The notes beneath the pieces are model-generated. The model ran no database searches. It saw only the letters and a program-made list of their open reading frames with translations, and had not been told where the DNA came from. From contig NC_007614.1 of assembly GCF_000196355.1 (NCBI RefSeq), positions 660,001 through 692,000 of the forward strand: 32,000 nt of DNA, written 5' to 3'. The position numbers were made by a program, and so were the translations under genes. This DNA comes from Nitrosospira multiformis ATCC 25196. GTDB taxonomy: Bacteria; Pseudomonadota; Gammaproteobacteria; Burkholderiales; Nitrosomonadaceae. This document shows, piece after piece, positions 9,326 through 19,042 of the stretch (positions are counted from its first letter, which is position 1; every line of letters starts with the position of its first letter).

Positions 9326-10065
9326 GTTTCAATTTTCTCCAGAGTGGATTGCGTGAATATCTCTTCAAGCCGGGTTCCTTCCAGCTTTATCATATCCACC
9401 GAACCCTCGAATACCTGTCGTCCGTGATTGATGATCTGCACACGATCGCACACGCTTTCAACTTCCGATAAGGCGTGCGTTGAAAAAATCACGCTTCTCA
9501 CTGCGCCAAGTTCACGGATGAGTGACCGGACATCGCGCATCTGGTTGGGATCCAGCCCCGAGGTCGGTTCGTCGAGAATGATGACTGCCGGATCGTGAAT
9601 GATAGCCTGGGCGATACCCGCGCGCTGCTGGTAGCCTTTTGACAGAGAACCGATCAGCCGCCGGCGCACATTCTCCAGTCCGCAACGTTCCGCGGCCTTC
9701 CTGATTGCATCGTCCGTTTTCGAGCGGGCGAGGCGGCGCAATCTCACCGCAAGTCGTAAATACTCATCTATCGTTAGCTCCCGGTAGAGGGGGGGTACTT
9801 CAGGCAGATAGCCGATACATGCTTTCGCCCCGAGCGTTTGCTTCTGCAAATCCAAGCCGCAGATTTCGACCCTGCCGGTGCTGGGAGCAAGATTCCCGGT
9901 GAGGAGACGCATGACCGTCGTCTTGCCCGCGCCATTGGGTCCGAGGAGGCCAAGCACTTCCCCTTGCCACAGTTCGAGGCTGACCTGGTCAACGGCAGTG
10001 CGAGCGCCGAAATGACGGCTCAGACCCTGCGCTGAAACGGTTTTCTGTTCTGTTTTTGCAGACAT
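9322..10065 (-). CDS. ABC transporter ATP-binding protein (GldA/NosF-like)
   Basis: Walker A GLLGPNGAGKTT, signature LSKGYQQR, Walker B VIILDEPTSGLDP. Overlaps the permease start by 4 nt. Confidence 0.95.
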   Translation of the reverse strand: MSAKTEQKTVSAQGLSRHFGARTAVDQVSLELWQGEVLGLLGPNGAGKTTVMRLLTGNLAPSTGRVEICGLDLQKQTLGAKACIGYLPEVPPLYRELTIDEYLRLAVRLRRLARSKTDDAIRKAAERCGLENVRRRLIGSLSKGYQQRAGIAQAIIHDPAVIILDEPTSGLDPNQMRDVRSLIRELGAVRSVIFSTHALSEVESVCDRVQIINHGRQVFEGSVDMIKLEGTRLEEIFTQSTLEKIET

Positions 10066-10291
10066 GACAAGATCAATGATTCAGGTTGGTGGATGAATCG
10101 AAGTTCTTTTTTCATTTCAGTGGAACGCAGTGCGCAATCGTGGAGCGGCGTCCTCCGGTAAATCCTCGTGAGCAAATGTTACGGCTCAGGTGTCTACTTG
10201 TGATAAGCGTAAAATATACCTAATATGTGGGCTGTACTGAAGGAAAGCCCATCCATTTGCAGCCCCTTTTTCGAATCTTCCGGATCTCCGC

Positions 10292-12013
10292 ATGAGTCTT
10301 AAAGTTCCCGGCGCATTACCGCTGCTCTTTCTTGCCGCCTGTTCACATCTTCCTGCCAAGACTCCTCTCACGGCGGAAAAACCGGCAGAGAAGAAGGAGT
10401 CAGAGCAGTCAAGAGTACCCAGTCAGGATTTGACCCCCTCCATGCTGTTCGATTTTTTGCTGGCGGAGACAGCGCTGCAGCGGGGCGACACGGAAATCGG
10501 TCTTCGTACCTATCTCAAGCTTGCAAAAAACACTCAGGATCCGCGCGTGGCCCAGCGCGCCACGGAAGCTGCGCTTCAGGCGCGCCAGCCGGCATTCGCC
10601 CTGGAAGCGGCAAAAATCTGGACGGAACTCGATCCGGAATCGATTCCAGCCCGTCAGATGATGGCTGCATTGCTGGTGCATTTTGACAGATTAGATGAGG
10701 CCCGTCCCCATCTGGAAAAATTGCTGGCGGTTGCGGGAGACAAGATCGATGATGCTTTCATGCAACTGAACAGCCTGCTGGTGCGCAGTCCCAACAAGAA
10801 TGCAATCTTCGAATTGGTAAAGCAGCTCGCGCAACCTTATCCCGATCTGCCGGAAGCGCATTTTGCCGAGTCCCAGGCTGCATGGTTTGCCGAGCGTTTC
10901 GACATCGCTCTGGAAGAGATGAAAAAAGCGCTGGCGCTGAGGCCTGAGTGGGAGATGGCGGCAATTTACGAAGGACGTATTCTGTCGCGCGAATCCAACG
11001 CCCGCGCAATCGAATTTTTCGATGATTATCTCAAGCGCTATCCCAAAGCCAACGATACACGCATCACCTATGCACGCTTGCTGCTAGCTGAAAGAGATTA
11101 TAGCAAAGCCCGCGAGCAGTTCCAGAAGTTGCTGACAGAAAATCCGGATAACCCGGATGTTGCCATTGCCGTCGGCCTGTTATCCCTGGAGCTGCAGAAC
11201 TACGATGTAGCCGAATCGAATTTCAAAAGAGCGCTGGAGCTGGGTTACCGGGACCCGGGAATGGTGCGCTTTTATCTCGGCGGCATCAGTGAAAAAAAAC
11301 AGCAGATCCCGCAGGCTTTGAATTGGTACCGCTCGGTTACGGAGGGAACCCAGTTTATCCCGGCACAGATCAAATATGCCATTCTGTTGAGCAGAACCGG
11401 CAAAACCAAGGAGGGTCTCCATCATTTGCAGCAACTGCCAGTGGCCAATGACCAGCAGCGTGCGCAGGTGATCATCGCCGAGGCGCAATTGTTGCGCGAG
11501 TCCGGCGCTTACAAGAAAGCCTTTCAGCTCCTGAGCAGCAGTCTCGAAAAACTTCCCGATTCCCCCGAACTGCTTTATGACCGCGCCCTGGCTGCGGAGA
11601 AAATAGGCAAGGCGGATATCATGGAGCAGGATCTGCGCAAACTGATCGAACTGAGGCCCGACCATGCTCACGCCTACAACGCCCTGGGTTACGGTATTGC
11701 CGAGCACTCCAGCAAGCGCCTGCCGGAGGCGCTGGAATTGATCGAGAAGGCGATCAAGCTTTCGCCTATCGATCCGTACATCATCGACAGTCTGGGATGG
11801 GTGCATTACCGCATGGGGGACATCAACCAGGGATTGAGCTACCTGCGACAGGCGTTTGCAATGAATCCCGATCCGGAAATTGCTGCTCACCTGGGGGAAG
11901 TGTTGTGGGTGCAGGGAATGAAGGACGAAGCGAAAGAGATCTGGCAGACGGCCCTCAAGAATCATCCCGGTAACGAAGCGTTGATTGGCGTGATGAAGAA
12001 GTTCATGAAGTAG
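10292..12013 (+). CDS. Tetratricopeptide-repeat outer-membrane lipoprotein
   Basis: 573 aa; lipobox LFLAACSHLP; multiple TPR-like helices (PELLYDRALAAEKIGK, AHAYNALGYGIAE, PYIIDSLGWVHYRMGDINQGLSYLRQAF). Confidence 0.9.
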   Translation: MSLKVPGALPLLFLAACSHLPAKTPLTAEKPAEKKESEQSRVPSQDLTPSMLFDFLLAETALQRGDTEIGLRTYLKLAKNTQDPRVAQRATEAALQARQPAFALEAAKIWTELDPESIPARQMMAALLVHFDRLDEARPHLEKLLAVAGDKIDDAFMQLNSLLVRSPNKNAIFELVKQLAQPYPDLPEAHFAESQAAWFAERFDIALEEMKKALALRPEWEMAAIYEGRILSRESNARAIEFFDDYLKRYPKANDTRITYARLLLAERDYSKAREQFQKLLTENPDNPDVAIAVGLLSLELQNYDVAESNFKRALELGYRDPGMVRFYLGGISEKKQQIPQALNWYRSVTEGTQFIPAQIKYAILLSRTGKTKEGLHHLQQLPVANDQQRAQVIIAEAQLLRESGAYKKAFQLLSSSLEKLPDSPELLYDRALAAEKIGKADIMEQDLRKLIELRPDHAHAYNALGYGIAEHSSKRLPEALELIEKAIKLSPIDPYIIDSLGWVHYRMGDINQGLSYLRQAFAMNPDPEIAAHLGEVLWVQGMKDEAKEIWQTALKNHPGNEALIGVMKKFMK

Positions 12014-12032
12014 CGCGAGGGTGGGATAGAAG

Positions 12033-12776
12033 ATGCCCTGCGTCGATTCGGAGTCTGTTCGCTTTGTGAACCCGGCTTGTCGGAAGTTGAGAAATTTCGG
12101 AAGATTTTCCCTATCCTCCCTTGGCTCCTTGGGCTCCTTGGGCTCCTTGGGCTCCTTGCGCTCATGGCATCTTGTTTTTCTGACCCCTGCTTTTTTTTAC
12201 GGTTGCGCAACCCTTGCTCCAGAAGAAAAGAATGTAGCCAGCACCGTTATCATGGAACCGGGCGCGATGGAAGCGAAAAGTGCGGGCTTCCAGCTGATTG
12301 GCAGGGTATCGGTGAAAGAGGGCAGAAACGGTTTTTCCGGGGGAGTCCAGTGGCGCCATATGCAGGACGACGATCAAATTCTCCTTCTTTCCCCCGTAGG
12401 TCAGGCTGTCGGACAGATTGAGCGCTCAGCCGATGGTGTGTCTCTCATAACTGCCGAGCAGGAACATTATTACGCCGATAATGTGGAAGAACTCACAGAA
12501 CGGGTATTGGGTTGGCGTTTGCCGCTCTCCGGGTTGCAGTACTGGGTGCAAGGCACGAATTCGCCGGATACGCCGTCCGAAATCGACCTGGATATGATGG
12601 GCCGCGTGGCAGCCATTCGTCAGAACGGATGGGAAATCACCTATGCAGGCTACTCGCAGGCGGTACCTGCTGAAGCTCCACAGTCAGAGGCCGCGCGTGC
12701 CAGACTGCTGACACTTAACCGTAACGGTCTGCGGATAAGGCTGGTAATAGATGAATGGAATACTGTCAACGACTGA
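12033..12776 (+). CDS. lolB: Outer membrane lipoprotein LolB (5' end uncertain, see findings)
   Basis: FQLIGRVSVKEGRNGFSGGVQWRHMQDDDQILLLSPVGQAVGQIE...LPLSGLQYWVQG is LolB-like, and it sits directly upstream of ispE as usual. The N-terminus upstream of about 12200 is unconvincing in this frame. Confidence 0.8.
   Translation: MPCVDSESVRFVNPACRKLRNFGRFSLSSLGSLGSLGSLGSLRSWHLVFLTPAFFYGCATLAPEEKNVASTVIMEPGAMEAKSAGFQLIGRVSVKEGRNGFSGGVQWRHMQDDDQILLLSPVGQAVGQIERSADGVSLITAEQEHYYADNVEELTERVLGWRLPLSGLQYWVQGTNSPDTPSEIDLDMMGRVAAIRQNGWEITYAGYSQAVPAEAPQSEAARARLLTLNRNGLRIRLVIDEWNTVND
12123..12158 (+). repeat. 9-bp tandem repeat GGCTCCTTG x4 in the lolB 5' region
   Basis: Four perfect contiguous copies (12123, 12132, 12141, 12150), with degenerate flanking units. 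Confidence 0.95.
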
Positions 12777-13635
12777 AGTGGATTCGCAGGCGGAACTGAG
12801 CTGCCCTGCGCCTGCCAAACTCAATCTGTTCCTGCATGTGGTGGGACGGAGGGAGGATGGGTACCATCTTCTGCAAACCGTTTTCCGCCTGGTGGATTTC
12901 GCCGACCAGCTCCATTTCGGGCTGCGGGCGGACGGTGTGATCAAGCTGCATACGCCCACTCCGGGGGTGCCGGAAGAGCAGGATTTGTGCGTGCGCGCAG
13001 CAAAACTGCTGCAACGGGAAAGCGGTACTCCCTGGGGGGCCAATATCTTTCTGGAAAAGCGCATCCCGATGGGTGGTGGCCTGGGAGGCGGCAGTTCGGA
13101 TGCAGCCACGACATTGCTTGCGCTCAACCGCTTGTGGAAGCTGGGCTGGCGCCGGAATCAACTTTTGAAACTGGCCCCGGAACTGGGTGCGGATGTTCCC
13201 GTATTCGTTTTCAGTGAAAATGCCTTTGCTGAGGGCATCGGCGAAAAACTCCTGCCGATTGCGTTACCCCCGGCATGGTATCTGATACTCACACCGCCCG
13301 TGCATGTCTCAACGGCAAAGGTTTTTTCAAGTAAGGAATTGACACGAAACACGATTCCGATCAAAATACCGCCCTTTTCCACCGAGCAAGGGCATAATGA
13401 TCTCGAGCCGGTGGTGTGTGCTTCATACCCCGAGGTAGCACGCCACCTCGAGTGGCTGCGGCAGCTCGAAGGTGCAAGGATGGCGGCCATGACGGGTTCC
13501 GGCGCGTGCGTTTTTGCCGAGTTTGCGACCGAATCCGGGGCCAGAAGCGCACTGGGGAAGATTCCATACGGTATGAAGGGTTTTGTGGCGCAGGGACTTG
13601 ATCGCCATCCCTTGCATGATTTTGCAGAACAATAA
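12751..13635 (+). CDS. ispE: 4-diphosphocytidyl-2-C-methyl-D-erythritol kinase
   Basis: PAPAKLNLFLHVVGRREDGYHLLQTVF...EKRIPMGGGLGGGSSDAATTLLALNRLW GHMP-kinase motifs. Confidence 0.95.
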   Translation: MNGILSTTEVDSQAELSCPAPAKLNLFLHVVGRREDGYHLLQTVFRLVDFADQLHFGLRADGVIKLHTPTPGVPEEQDLCVRAAKLLQRESGTPWGANIFLEKRIPMGGGLGGGSSDAATTLLALNRLWKLGWRRNQLLKLAPELGADVPVFVFSENAFAEGIGEKLLPIALPPAWYLILTPPVHVSTAKVFSSKELTRNTIPIKIPPFSTEQGHNDLEPVVCASYPEVARHLEWLRQLEGARMAAMTGSGACVFAEFATESGARSALGKIPYGMKGFVAQGLDRHPLHDFAEQ

Positions 13636-13636
13636 T

Positions 13637-13711
13637 TGGGGAGTCGCCAAGTGGTAAGGCACCGGATTTTGATTCCGGCATTCGTAGGTTCGATCCCTAC
13701 CTCCCCAGCCA
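13637..13711 (+). tRNA. tRNA-Gln (TTG), CCA encoded
   Basis: TGGGGAG...CTCCCCA acceptor stem, GTAGGTTCGATCCCTAC T-arm, anticodon stem/loop CCGGATTTTGATTCCGG with anticodon TTG, 3' CCA encoded. Confidence 0.96.
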
Positions 13712-13817
13712 GTTTTCAGCTCCATGATTCGTCCAGGCTGGACTGCCGCCGGTTCCTGTTCGCTTCCATGAATTCCCCATCTGCCGGTTCCGCGTTTTCG
13801 GACTTTTAGGTTTTCTC

Positions 13818-14768
13818 ATGGCCTACGATAGCTTGATGGTTTTCACGGGCAACGCCAATCCCAAGCTGGCGCAGGATGTCGTACGGCATCTCAATCTTCG
13901 CATCGGCCGTGCCACGGTTGGCCGCTTCAGCGATGGCGAAGTAATGGTGGAAATCCTCGAGAATGTCCGGGGCAAGGATGTATTCGTCCTGCAATCCACC
14001 TGCATGCCCACCAACGATACGCTGATGGAATTACTGGTGCTGGTGGATGCGCTCAAGCGCGCCTCCGCGTCGCGCATCACCGCCGCGATGCCTTATTTCG
14101 GCTATGCCCGCCAGGACCGGCGCCCGCGCTCGGTACGGGTCCCCATCACGGCCAAGGTGGTGGCAAACATGCTGACCAGTGTCGGCATAGACCGCTTGCT
14201 GACAATGGACTTGCATTCGGACCAGATCCAGGGGTTTTTTGACATACCTGTGGATAACATCTACAGCATGCCTATCCTGCTGGGCGATCTCTGGAAAAAT
14301 GATTTCAAGAACCTGGTGGTGGTTTCCCCTGATGTGGGGGGAGTAGTGCGCGCGCGCCAGATGGCCAAACGGCTCGAATGCGACCTTGCCATCATAGACA
14401 AGCGGCGTCCCAAAGCGAATATAGCAAAGGTGATGAACATCATCGGCGAGGTGGACGGACGCACTTGTGTGATCATGGACGACATGGTGGATACCGCTAA
14501 TACGCTGTGCGAAGCAGCGCGCGCGCTCAAGGAGCAGGGAGCGGAACGCGTGCTGGCTTATTGCACGCATCCGGTGCTGTCGGGCGGTGCCGTGGAGCGG
14601 ATCGGGAACTCTGCCCTGGACAAGCTCGTTGTCACCGACACCATTCCGCTGCGGGAGGATGCCCAGGCGTGCGAGCGCATAGAGCAGTTGAGCGTGGCAA
14701 GCCTGCTCGCGGAAACGATGCTCAGGATCAGTAACGAAGATTCCGTGAGTTCGCTTTTCATGGAGTAA
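13818..14768 (+). CDS. prs: Ribose-phosphate pyrophosphokinase
   Basis: [23 protein letters not shown]...[25 protein letters not shown]...[13 protein letters not shown]...[13 protein letters not shown]. Confidence 0.98.
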   Translation: MAYDSLMVFTGNANPKLAQDVVRHLNLRIGRATVGRFSDGEVMVEILENVRGKDVFVLQSTCMPTNDTLMELLVLVDALKRASASRITAAMPYFGYARQDRRPRSVRVPITAKVVANMLTSVGIDRLLTMDLHSDQIQGFFDIPVDNIYSMPILLGDLWKNDFKNLVVVSPDVGGVVRARQMAKRLECDLAIIDKRRPKANIAKVMNIIGEVDGRTCVIMDDMVDTANTLCEAARALKEQGAERVLAYCTHPVLSGGAVERIGNSALDKLVVTDTIPLREDAQACERIEQLSVASLLAETMLRISNEDSVSSLFME

Positions 14769-14917
14769 CGCGAATCCACGCTGTGCAGGTGGTGAAAAGC
14801 AAAACCAGGGAGCAAGGCTGGTTGAGAATAGCCTGCGGATTGAATAGATAGCGCAATAGACAAGTTTATTAATCGGATTCATCTGGTCGCGGATGATCCA
14901 CATTCTGGAGAAAGTAG

Positions 14918-15604
14918 ATGCAAATTGAAATCAGCGCCGAAAAGCGCGAATTGCAGGGCAAAGGTGCGAGCCGCCGCCTGCGGGGTTCCGGCAAGGTACC
15001 GGGAATCATCTATGGTGGAGAAAACCCGGCGCAGCCGATCGAACTCGATCACAACAATCTTTATCACCAGCTCAAACTGGAAGCCTTCCATGCCTCCATC
15101 CTGACGATGAGTGTGGAAGGGCAGAAAGAAAAGGTGCTGCTGCGGGATATACAGATGCACCCCTTCAAGCCCCAGGTGCTGCATATCGACTTTCAGCGCG
15201 TCGCTTCGAACAAGAAAATCCATATGAAAGTGCCCTTGCACTTCATCAACGAAGATATTGCCCCAGGGGTGAAGCTGGCGGGCGGATTGGTGAGCCACGT
15301 GCTTACCGAACTGGATGTTTCCTGCCTGCCAAAAGATCTACCTGAATTCATTTCCGTCGATGTGGGGGAACTTGCCGCCGGCAACACCATACACCTGAGC
15401 AACCTGCAGTTGCCTGAAGGAGTTGAGATTCCTGCGCTGATGAAAGGTGAAGACCTGCCTGTGGCGACCATCGCCATTCCACGCGGGGTAGCGGCTGAGG
15501 AAGCGGCTGGAGGCGTGGCAGCGGGAGACATACCCACCTCCGTACAGAAGAAAGAAGGCGTTGCCAAGGAAGGCGAGAAAAAAGACGCCGGAAAGAAAAA
15601 GTAA
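14918..15604 (+). CDS. rplY: 50S ribosomal protein L25/general stress protein Ctc
   Basis: [26 protein letters not shown]...[23 protein letters not shown]; location prs-rplY-pth is canonical. Confidence 0.96.
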
Positions 15605-15611
15605 GACCGCG

Positions 15612-16046
15612 GAGGGAGGAGCAGTGCCTTCCACAGGAAGGTGCGACCCCGGAGCGGGCTAAGCGCCCAAGCGGCAGGGGCATCTTCAATGTGTCCAGTT
15701 GCTGTTCCGGAGGCGCAACCCCTCTGGGGGCGCTGGCGAGGAGGGAGGAGCAGTGCCTTCCACAGGAAGGTGCGACCCCCGGAGCGGGCTAAGCGCCCAA
15801 GCGGCAGGGGCATCTTCAATGTGTCCAGTTGCTGTTCCGGAGGCGCAACCCCTCTGGGGCGCTGGCGAGGAGGGAGGAGCAGTGCCTTCCACAGGAAGGT
15901 GCGACCCCGGAGCGGGCTAAGCGCCCAAGCGGCAGTTGGCATCTTCAATGTGTCCAGTTGCTGTTCCGGAGGCACAACCCCTTGGGGCGCTGGCGAGAGG
16001 GAGGAGCAGTACCTTCCGCAGGAAGATGCGCTCCCGGAGTGGGCCT
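15612..16046 (+). repeat. 129-bp tandem repeat array (3 full copies + partial/degenerate fourth)
   Basis: GAGGGAGGAGCAGTGCCTTCCACAGGAAGGTGCGACCCC... starts at 15612, 15741, 15870 (period 129) and again, diverged, at 15997. Nearly identical sequence between copies 1-3. Confidence 0.97.
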
Positions 16047-16097
16047 TGAGCATCTTGCTTGGTTCGCAGGCATCCCAAGCCGTATCGCATGTTTTTT

Positions 16098-16139
16098 CAG
16101 CCCGTCGGAGTCATTCTGGCTTCGCGGGCTTTTCATTTT
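16098..16139 (+). terminator. Possible Rho-independent terminator
   Basis: AGCCCG (16099-16104) ... CGGGCT (16125-16130) followed by TTTCATTTT, between the repeat array and pth. Large loop, so weak. Confidence 0.35.
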
Positions 16140-16159
16140 GAGGATTCGGGTTACATTCA

Positions 16160-16735
16160 GTGAAGCTCATCGTCGGTCTTGGCAATCCGGGTAGGGAATA
16201 TGCGGCCACTCGCCATAATGCCGGCGCCTGGTGGGTAGTTCGTCTGGCGGATCAATTGGGTGTCACGTTGAAGGCGGATGGCAAGTTTCATGGCTTGTGC
16301 GCGCGTATCGGGCAGGGTGAGTCTGAATCCTGGCTGCTCAATCCCCAGACCTATATGAATGCTAGTGGAAGGGCAGTGGCCGCATTGTGCCGTTTCTACC
16401 GAATTCAGCCTGAACAGATGCTCGTAGTGCACGACGAACTGGATTTGCCCCCCGGCGTCTCCAGGCTGAAGCTCGACGGAGGGTTGGGCGGTCACAATGG
16501 GTTGAAAGACATCGTCGCGCATCTCGGCACCCGGGAGTTCTGGCGCTTGCGGATCGGCATCGGCCATCCGGGAGAAAAGCATGCCGTCGTGAATTACGTA
16601 CTGCAGCCTCCGCGCAAGGAAGAAGCAGCGTTGATCGACACGGCCATAAACGACAGCCTGGAAGTCTGGCCCCTCATCGCAGAAGGCAATTATCAGGCGG
16701 CAATGATGAGGCTGCATACCCAGAAGCAAAGCTGA
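16160..16735 (+). CDS. pth: Peptidyl-tRNA hydrolase
   Basis: MKLIVGLGNPGREYAATRHNAGAWWV...HDELDLPPGVSRLKLDGGLGGHNGLKDI. Confidence 0.98.
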   Translation: MKLIVGLGNPGREYAATRHNAGAWWVVRLADQLGVTLKADGKFHGLCARIGQGESESWLLNPQTYMNASGRAVAALCRFYRIQPEQMLVVHDELDLPPGVSRLKLDGGLGGHNGLKDIVAHLGTREFWRLRIGIGHPGEKHAVVNYVLQPPRKEEAALIDTAINDSLEVWPLIAEGNYQAAMMRLHTQKQS

Positions 16736-16958
16736 TATTTCCAAAGGACATGGGGTCATGAACTGTTTTGTTCCTCTTGATTCTACCTTCTCTCTCATTC
16801 ACCCCTGAGCCTGTCGAAGGGTCGAATGGCGTTCGGAAAAACCTGTCATGGAGGATGCCCGAAAACGGAGATTTAGCCTGCTGCGTGAAAATGACGGAAC
16901 AACTTTCATACCCCTTTAACCATTACAGCCTGTCTTAAACGAGTAACCAAATCAAACC

Positions 16959-18062
16959 ATGAGCCTGAAATGCGGTATTGTTGGCTTGCCCAACGTCGGA
17001 AAATCCACCCTCTTCAATGCCCTCACCAAGGCTGGCATCGCTGCCGAGAACTACCCCTTCTGCACCATCGAACCGAATGTGGGCATTGTCGAAGTTCCCG
17101 ACTCTCGGCTGACTGAACTTGCTGCGATCGTCAAGCCGCAAAAGGTGCAGTCTGCAGTGGTTGAATTCGTCGATATTGCCGGTCTTGTCGCAGGGGCTTC
17201 GAAAGGAGAGGGATTGGGCAACAAATTTCTTGCCACCATTCGTGAGACCGACGGCATCATCAATATGGTGCGCTGCTTCAAGAATGACAACGTGGTGCAC
17301 GTCTCCGGCAAAGTCGATCCCATCTCGGATATCGAAACCATCCAGACTGAACTGGCACTCGCCGATCTGGCCACCGTCGAAAAGGTGGTACAACGGGAAA
17401 CCAAGCTTGCCAAGTCCGGTGACAAGGAAGCGGTCAAGTTCGTCGCGCTGCTCGAAAAGGTAAGGGAGCATCTCGACCAGGGCAAGCCGGTAAGAAGTCT
17501 CGGGTTGGCTGAAGGACTTGATAAGGAACAACAGGAACTGCTCAAGCCGCTATGCCTGCTCACTGCCAAACCTGCGATCTATGTGGCTAACGTGGACGAA
17601 AAAGGATTCACCGGTAATCCGCTGCTGGCACGGGTGGAAGAATATGCGGCAGGCGAGGGCGCGCCTGTCGTTGCCATCTGCGCCGCCCTCGAATCCGAAA
17701 TTGCCGAGATGCCGGATGAGGACAAGCAGGTTTTTCTCGCCGACATGAATCTGGAAGAACCGGGGCTCAACCGCCTGGTGCGCGCCGCCTATCAACTGCT
17801 GGGGCTGCAGACCTACTTTACCGCTGGGGTGAAGGAAGTGCGCGCCTGGACCATATCAAAAGGAGATACCGCGCCCCAAGCCGCTGCTGTCATTCATACC
17901 GATTTCGAAAAGGGCTTTATCCGCGCCGAGGTCATCAGCTATGACGACTTCGTTACCTGCAAAGGTGAGCAGGGTGCCAAGGAGGCAGGCAAGATGCGGC
18001 TGGAGGGAAAGGAGTATGTCGTCAGAGATGGGGATGTGATGCATTTTCGGTTTAACGTCTAA
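16959..18062 (+). CDS. ychF: Redox-regulated ribosome-binding GTPase/ATPase YchF
   Basis: [48 protein letters not shown]; C-terminal [22 protein letters not shown]. Confidence 0.98.
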   Translation: MSLKCGIVGLPNVGKSTLFNALTKAGIAAENYPFCTIEPNVGIVEVPDSRLTELAAIVKPQKVQSAVVEFVDIAGLVAGASKGEGLGNKFLATIRETDGIINMVRCFKNDNVVHVSGKVDPISDIETIQTELALADLATVEKVVQRETKLAKSGDKEAVKFVALLEKVREHLDQGKPVRSLGLAEGLDKEQQELLKPLCLLTAKPAIYVANVDEKGFTGNPLLARVEEYAAGEGAPVVAICAALESEIAEMPDEDKQVFLADMNLEEPGLNRLVRAAYQLLGLQTYFTAGVKEVRAWTISKGDTAPQAAAVIHTDFEKGFIRAEVISYDDFVTCKGEQGAKEAGKMRLEGKEYVVRDGDVMHFRFNV

Positions 18063-18337
18063 GCCTGAGTCCTTGTCTTATAGTGACGACCATGCTTTCC
18101 AAGCATGAGGCGGACAAATCTGGACACTCCATGATGACCTTGGTTGTGACTGGCGTCACCAGAACAGGAGTTCATGAGATGCTCGCGAACTCAAGGTCCA
18201 TTAGTTGCAGCAGAGGCTATTTTGATATTGGAGCCGGCGAGAAGGCCGATCCTCCTGATCTTCTGCAACTTAATTTGATTGATTAGAGATAGGGATGTGG
18301 ACCGACGAGGCCCACATCCTAAATCCCTTACTGTAGT

Positions 18338-18694
18338 TTAGTACCCGCCTGATCCCCCTCCAGAGGCGCCGGTCCCAGCTGTTCCCCCGGCGCCCCCTGT
18401 CCCAGTTGTTCCTCCGGCCCCACCTGTCCCGGTTGTTCCTCCGGCGCCACTCGTGCCAGCTGTTCCCCCGGACCTGCCCGTCTCAGCTTTTCCGCCCGAG
18501 CCTCGTGTCCCGGACATTCCCGAGCCACCTGATCCCATTGATGAGCCCGAGCTCGCCCCGGGGTCTTGGCCAGACATTGCCCCGCCCACTCCTGTGCCAC
18601 TAGTTTGGGCATAAGCCAAGCTAGCTACTCCAGATATCAGGCCGGCAAGTAGGATGGAACGGATAGTGTTTTTTAAAAGGAAGATATCTTTCAT
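18338..18694 (-). CDS. Secreted glycine-rich, collagen-like low-complexity protein
   Basis: 118 aa with signal peptide (SILLAGLISGVASLAYAQ) and G-rich repeats GGTTGTGGA; encoded by a 27-bp DNA repeat. Confidence 0.6.
   Translation of the reverse strand: MKDIFLLKNTIRSILLAGLISGVASLAYAQTSGTGVGGAMSGQDPGASSGSSMGSGGSGMSGTRGSGGKAETGRSGGTAGTSGAGGTTGTGGAGGTTGTGGAGGTAGTGASGGGSGGY
18381..18470 (+). repeat. 27-bp tandem repeat (about 3 copies + partial)
   Basis: Units GTTCCYCCGGCSCCMCYYGTSCCRGYT begin at 18381, 18408, 18435, 18462. Confidence 0.85.
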
Positions 18695-18845
18695 GATTGC
18701 TCCTTCATCTCAAATCAGCAAAATTGCTGGATTGAAATAATAGGCTTATGCTCAACTCGTTCCGTACGGTGACACGCATATAGCTTGTCTCAGGCAAGTT
18801 CTAGGAAAATATGGAAGCATGTGGCTAGAGTATCCGAATCCTTGC

Positions 18846-19042
18846 CTTAGCTAGGGCGGTAAACCAGTGATCGTTCAAGCACTCATCCCGAAACCGGCCA
18901 TTGAAGCTCTCAATGTACGCGTTTTGCGTAGGCTTGCCCGCCTCAACCAATTTGAGCTGGACGCCATTCTTCTAAGCCCACTGCCTCCATCTGCCTGCTT
19001 CAGAAAGCCAATAATTTGCTCATCCGTAAATCGCTTCTTCAC
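18846..19042 (-). pseudogene. IS3-family transposase remnant (OrfA N-terminus fused to OrfB C-terminal fragment)
   Basis: Minus strand: VKKRFTDEQIIGFLKQADGG (OrfA start), then after a short gap QLKLVEAGKPTQNAYIESFNGRFRDECLNDHWFTALAKAR (integrase-core C-terminus). The middle is missing. Confidence 0.85.

Noticed and set aside
15612-16046. Possible CRISPR array
   Set aside because: The repeat unit is 129 bp head-to-tail with no unique spacers; it is a satellite-like tandem array, not repeat-spacer architecture.
15193-16194. ORFs on both strands through the repeat array (e.g. 15193..16053 -, 15641..16141 +)
   Set aside because: Repetitive translations on both strands arise because the unit length is divisible by three; composition is Pro/Arg/Leu-rich with no recognisable domain.
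18083-18286. 67-aa ORF downstream of ychF
   Set aside because: Short, with no recognised family or clear RBS; may be part of the decayed region.
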